Part shown: piece after piece, positions 61,538-64,000 of the stretch
Numbering within the stretch: position 1 is the stretch's first letter
Layout: every line of letters starts with the position of its first letter
Source of the DNA: an uncultured Aliarcobacter sp.
Lineage (GTDB): Bacteria; Campylobacterota; Campylobacteria; Campylobacterales; Arcobacteraceae
Direction of reading: 5' to 3'
DNA length: 64,000 nt
NCBI GenBank assembly: GCA_963664305.2
Contig: CAXXLV010000002.1
Span: 128,001-192,000, forward strand
Position numbers and translations under genes: made by a program
Notes under the pieces: model-generated
The model's database searches: none
What the model was told of the DNA's origin: nothing
Seen by the model: only the letters and a program-made list of their open reading frames with translations

Positions 61538-62347
61538 CTATTTTCCAAATACCTGTTTTAAAAGTGAAGATGTTTGCTCAACAGGATTTTGTCTAATTGC
61601 TGCTTCTTTTTGTGCAATCATTGTAAATAATCCTTCAATTGCCTTATTTGTTACAAATTCATCAAGACTTTCATCTGAGTTTCCAGGTAGATAAGAATCA
61701 ACTCCAAAATTTTTAGCTAATCCCATAACTTGACTATTTTGAGTTAATCCTTTTGTATTTGATTTATAAAGATTATTTGCAGTGTCATAATAACTTGCTA
61801 CTTGATTTTCTTTCATTGTTTCTTGAATTATTGGAGTAATTGCTTTTTTTAGTGAAGCACTTGTATTTGATTTAAAATATTCAGTTGCTGCATTGTTACC
61901 ACCAGTTAAGATTTTTTGAGCATCTGTAACTGTCATTTTATCAATAGCATCTATGAAGATTTCAGCTGTTTTAGGAGCTGCTTTTGAAGCTGCATTATTC
62001 ATTGAAAGAATTAAATCATCAGCCATTTTATCTCCACCAACTGACCTAATTAATGTTTCTGCTTTTGCTAAATTATCTGGAAGAGGAATTTTAACTGCAG
62101 AATTATTTAGGTAACCATTTGTTGCCCCTAATTGTGTAGTTGCATATTTTACACCTGTTTTTAATGCTTCTTTTAATCCACTAGAAACAGTAGAATCACT
62201 TAGATTTGAAGAAGTTTGTGTTGTTGATTTTGTTTGATTAGTTGTTGTAGCTGTATCTAAAACACCTTTTGCAATAGAACCTAAGTCCAAAGCAAATACG
62301 AATGTTGTGCTTAAAATAAGCGTTGAAGCAATGATTGATTTTTTCAT
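61538..62347 (-). CDS. DUF4197 family exported protein
   Basis: Signal peptide; GLKEAL..G, VKIPLP, SMNNAA, DAQKILTGG..AATEYF, EAAIRQNP, LLKQVFG. Confidence 0.88.
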   Translation of the reverse strand: MKKSIIASTLILSTTFVFALDLGSIAKGVLDTATTTNQTKSTTQTSSNLSDSTVSSGLKEALKTGVKYATTQLGATNGYLNNSAVKIPLPDNLAKAETLIRSVGGDKMADDLILSMNNAASKAAPKTAEIFIDAIDKMTVTDAQKILTGGNNAATEYFKSNTSASLKKAITPIIQETMKENQVASYYDTANNLYKSNTKGLTQNSQVMGLAKNFGVDSYLPGNSDESLDEFVTNKAIEGLFTMIAQKEAAIRQNPVEQTSSLLKQVFGK

Positions 62348-62427
62348 GAGATATCCTAAAATTTTTGTATTTTATAGATTTCATTATATAATAGAGTTGA
62401 TGTAATAATTGTGAAAAAGGATTAAAC

Positions 62428-62868
62428 ATAGAACTTATAAATGAAATTTGCGATTTTATTTATTCTTTTAAAAATAAAATTGCTGAAGCAGATGAAATAG
62501 CAACAAAATATAATGAGAAAATCTCTTTATTTGCAAATAAATTAAAAGAAGAGAAATTAGATATAGAATTTGAAGAAAACTTTTTTACAATTCTTGGTTA
62601 TTCGTATCGATTAGAAGATATAAAACAAAGATTGTTTTTTACTTTTAGTGAAGCTGTTTATGCAATTGATTTAGATAAGTTGATGAGAAATCAAGACTCT
62701 TTAAAATTGAATTGTATAGTTTATATTTTAGTTTTAAATACCATAATAAAAGAGTATCTAACAAAAAATATTGATGAAGATTTAAAACAAAAAGCTCTTG
62801 AAGTTTATGGAAAAATAGAAGAGAGAAAAGCAGCTGAAAATAAAAAATATCATATGTATCAATATTAA
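62428..62868 (+). CDS. Hypothetical protein, probably 146 aa with a non-canonical ATA start
   Basis: Frame is open from 62401 to 62868; AAGGA SD 6 nt before ATA 62428; the first canonical start is only at TTG 62632. Confidence 0.6.
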   Translation: MELINEICDFIYSFKNKIAEADEIATKYNEKISLFANKLKEEKLDIEFEENFFTILGYSYRLEDIKQRLFFTFSEAVYAIDLDKLMRNQDSLKLNCIVYILVLNTIIKEYLTKNIDEDLKQKALEVYGKIEERKAAENKKYHMYQY

Positions 62869-62877
62869 AGGCAAATT

Positions 62878-63612
62878 ATGAAAATGAGATTAAATTGTGA
62901 TATGGGTGAAAGTTTTGGTATTTGGAAAATGGGAAATGATGAGGAGATTATGCCATTTATTGATATGGCAAATTTAGCTTGTGGTTTTCATGCAAGTGAT
63001 TCAGTTACTATGAACAGATCAGTACAATTGGCAAAAAAACATAATGTAACAATAGGCGCTCACCCTTCATATCAAGATTTGGTAGGTTTTGGAAGAAGAA
63101 GTATGCTTTGTTCACTTGAAGAAATAAAATCAATAATTTTATATCAATTAGGAGCTTTAAGTGCATTTTGTAGAGCGCAAGGAACAGTAGTTTCTTATGT
63201 AAAACCTCATGGTGCACTTTACAATGATATGATGAGAGATGAAAATATTTTCAAAGCAGTTTTAAATGCAATTGCATCTTTTGATAAAAATATAAAATTG
63301 ATGATTTTATCTGGTCCAAAAAATGAAGCTTATGAACATATTTCAAAATTATATTCTATAAATTTGATATATGAAGTATTTGCAGATAGAAACTATAATG
63401 ATGATGGAAGTTTAGTTTCTAGAATGAACGAAAATGCTGTAATCCATGATGAATTAGAAGTTGTAAATAGAATTAAAAATTTAAAAGATAGAGGTTATTT
63501 ATATAGTGTAAATGGACAAAAACTATTTTTAAAAACAGATTCAGTATGTGTTCATGGTGATAATGAAAAAGCTCTTGAATTTATAAAACTACTTAGAAAA
63601 GCCTTGTATTAA
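62878..63612 (+). CDS. pxpA: 5-oxoprolinase subunit A (LamB/YcsF)
   Basis: LNCDMGESFG, NLACGFHA, GAHPSY.D..GFGRR, VKPHGALYN, EVFADRNY, CVHGD. Confidence 0.95.
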   Translation: MKMRLNCDMGESFGIWKMGNDEEIMPFIDMANLACGFHASDSVTMNRSVQLAKKHNVTIGAHPSYQDLVGFGRRSMLCSLEEIKSIILYQLGALSAFCRAQGTVVSYVKPHGALYNDMMRDENIFKAVLNAIASFDKNIKLMILSGPKNEAYEHISKLYSINLIYEVFADRNYNDDGSLVSRMNENAVIHDELEVVNRIKNLKDRGYLYSVNGQKLFLKTDSVCVHGDNEKALEFIKLLRKALY

Positions 63613-64000
63613 TGGATTTTAAAGTTGTAAGTGTTGATTCATTTATTATCTATTTTGGAGATTTTATAGATGAAAAAATCGCACTTGATATAAAAAAAGC
63701 CTATTTTTGTATAAAAAACTTAAATTTAGAAGGAATTATAGAAATCATTCCTTCTTATACTTCTATTTTTATAACCTTTGATATTTTCAAATATGATTTT
63801 GAAACTTTAAAAACTTTAATCAAACAAAACATAAATTTAGAAATAGATGAAAATTTTGAAGAAAAGATTGTAGAGATAGATGTTTATTATGGAATAGAAG
63901 TTGGATTTGATTTAGAATATCTAAGTTCAAAAACAAATTTGAGTATAGAAGAGATTATAAAAATTCATTCAAATAAACTTTATGACGTTTATGCAATAGG
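63612..64000 (+). CDS. pxpB: 5-oxoprolinase subunit B (KipI-like), 5' part (partial)
   Basis: ATG overlaps the pxpA stop; reads MDFKVVSVDSFIIYFG...EIIPSYTSI...VYYG...GFDL...IIKIHS...YDVYAI and runs off the window. Confidence 0.9.
   Translation, partial: MDFKVVSVDSFIIYFGDFIDEKIALDIKKAYFCIKNLNLEGIIEIIPSYTSIFITFDIFKYDFETLKTLIKQNINLEIDENFEEKIVEIDVYYGIEVGFDLEYLSSKTNLSIEEIIKIHSNKLYDVYAI

Overview
Very AT-rich chromosomal window from a Campylobacterota bacterium, most likely Arcobacteraceae (Arcobacter/Aliarcobacter-like). This is inferred from the parAB-atpF'FHAGDC-tolQRAB-pal-cpoB-slyD-fabD-mtnN gene order and a ciaB homologue. Positions 1-14.5 kb are core genes, interrupted by an inverted DPS-like ferritin gene between tolB and pal. 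The rest is metabolic and signalling genes: an Asp/Asn utilisation cluster with a two-component system, ferritin, PPase, sodB, AraC plus a short LeuA, agmatinase, AlkC, YbaK, NAD-GDH, a heme-c GGDEF/EAL protein next to a truncated globin, split LetA plus a 7-MCE LetB, an HD-GYP regulator with a hybrid kinase, ciaB, htpG and pxpAB. The most interesting candidate system is a cobalamin-riboswitch-controlled operon. It encodes an exported, membrane-anchored CobN-like chelatase together with an ExbB-like and a DUF2149 (ExbD-like) protein and no AAA+ ATPase, which suggests a PMF-driven periplasmic metal-tetrapyrrole (de)chelatase. Several elements are missed by the ORF track: a leader peptide with a rut-like tract before the regulatory-domain-less leuA, an ERIC-like 124-bp MITE on the htpG stop codon, a CIRCE before htpG, a sigma54-type promoter, and a probable ATA-start gene. 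No rRNA, tRNA, CRISPR array, transposase or prophage was seen. All family assignments come from motif recognition without database searches.
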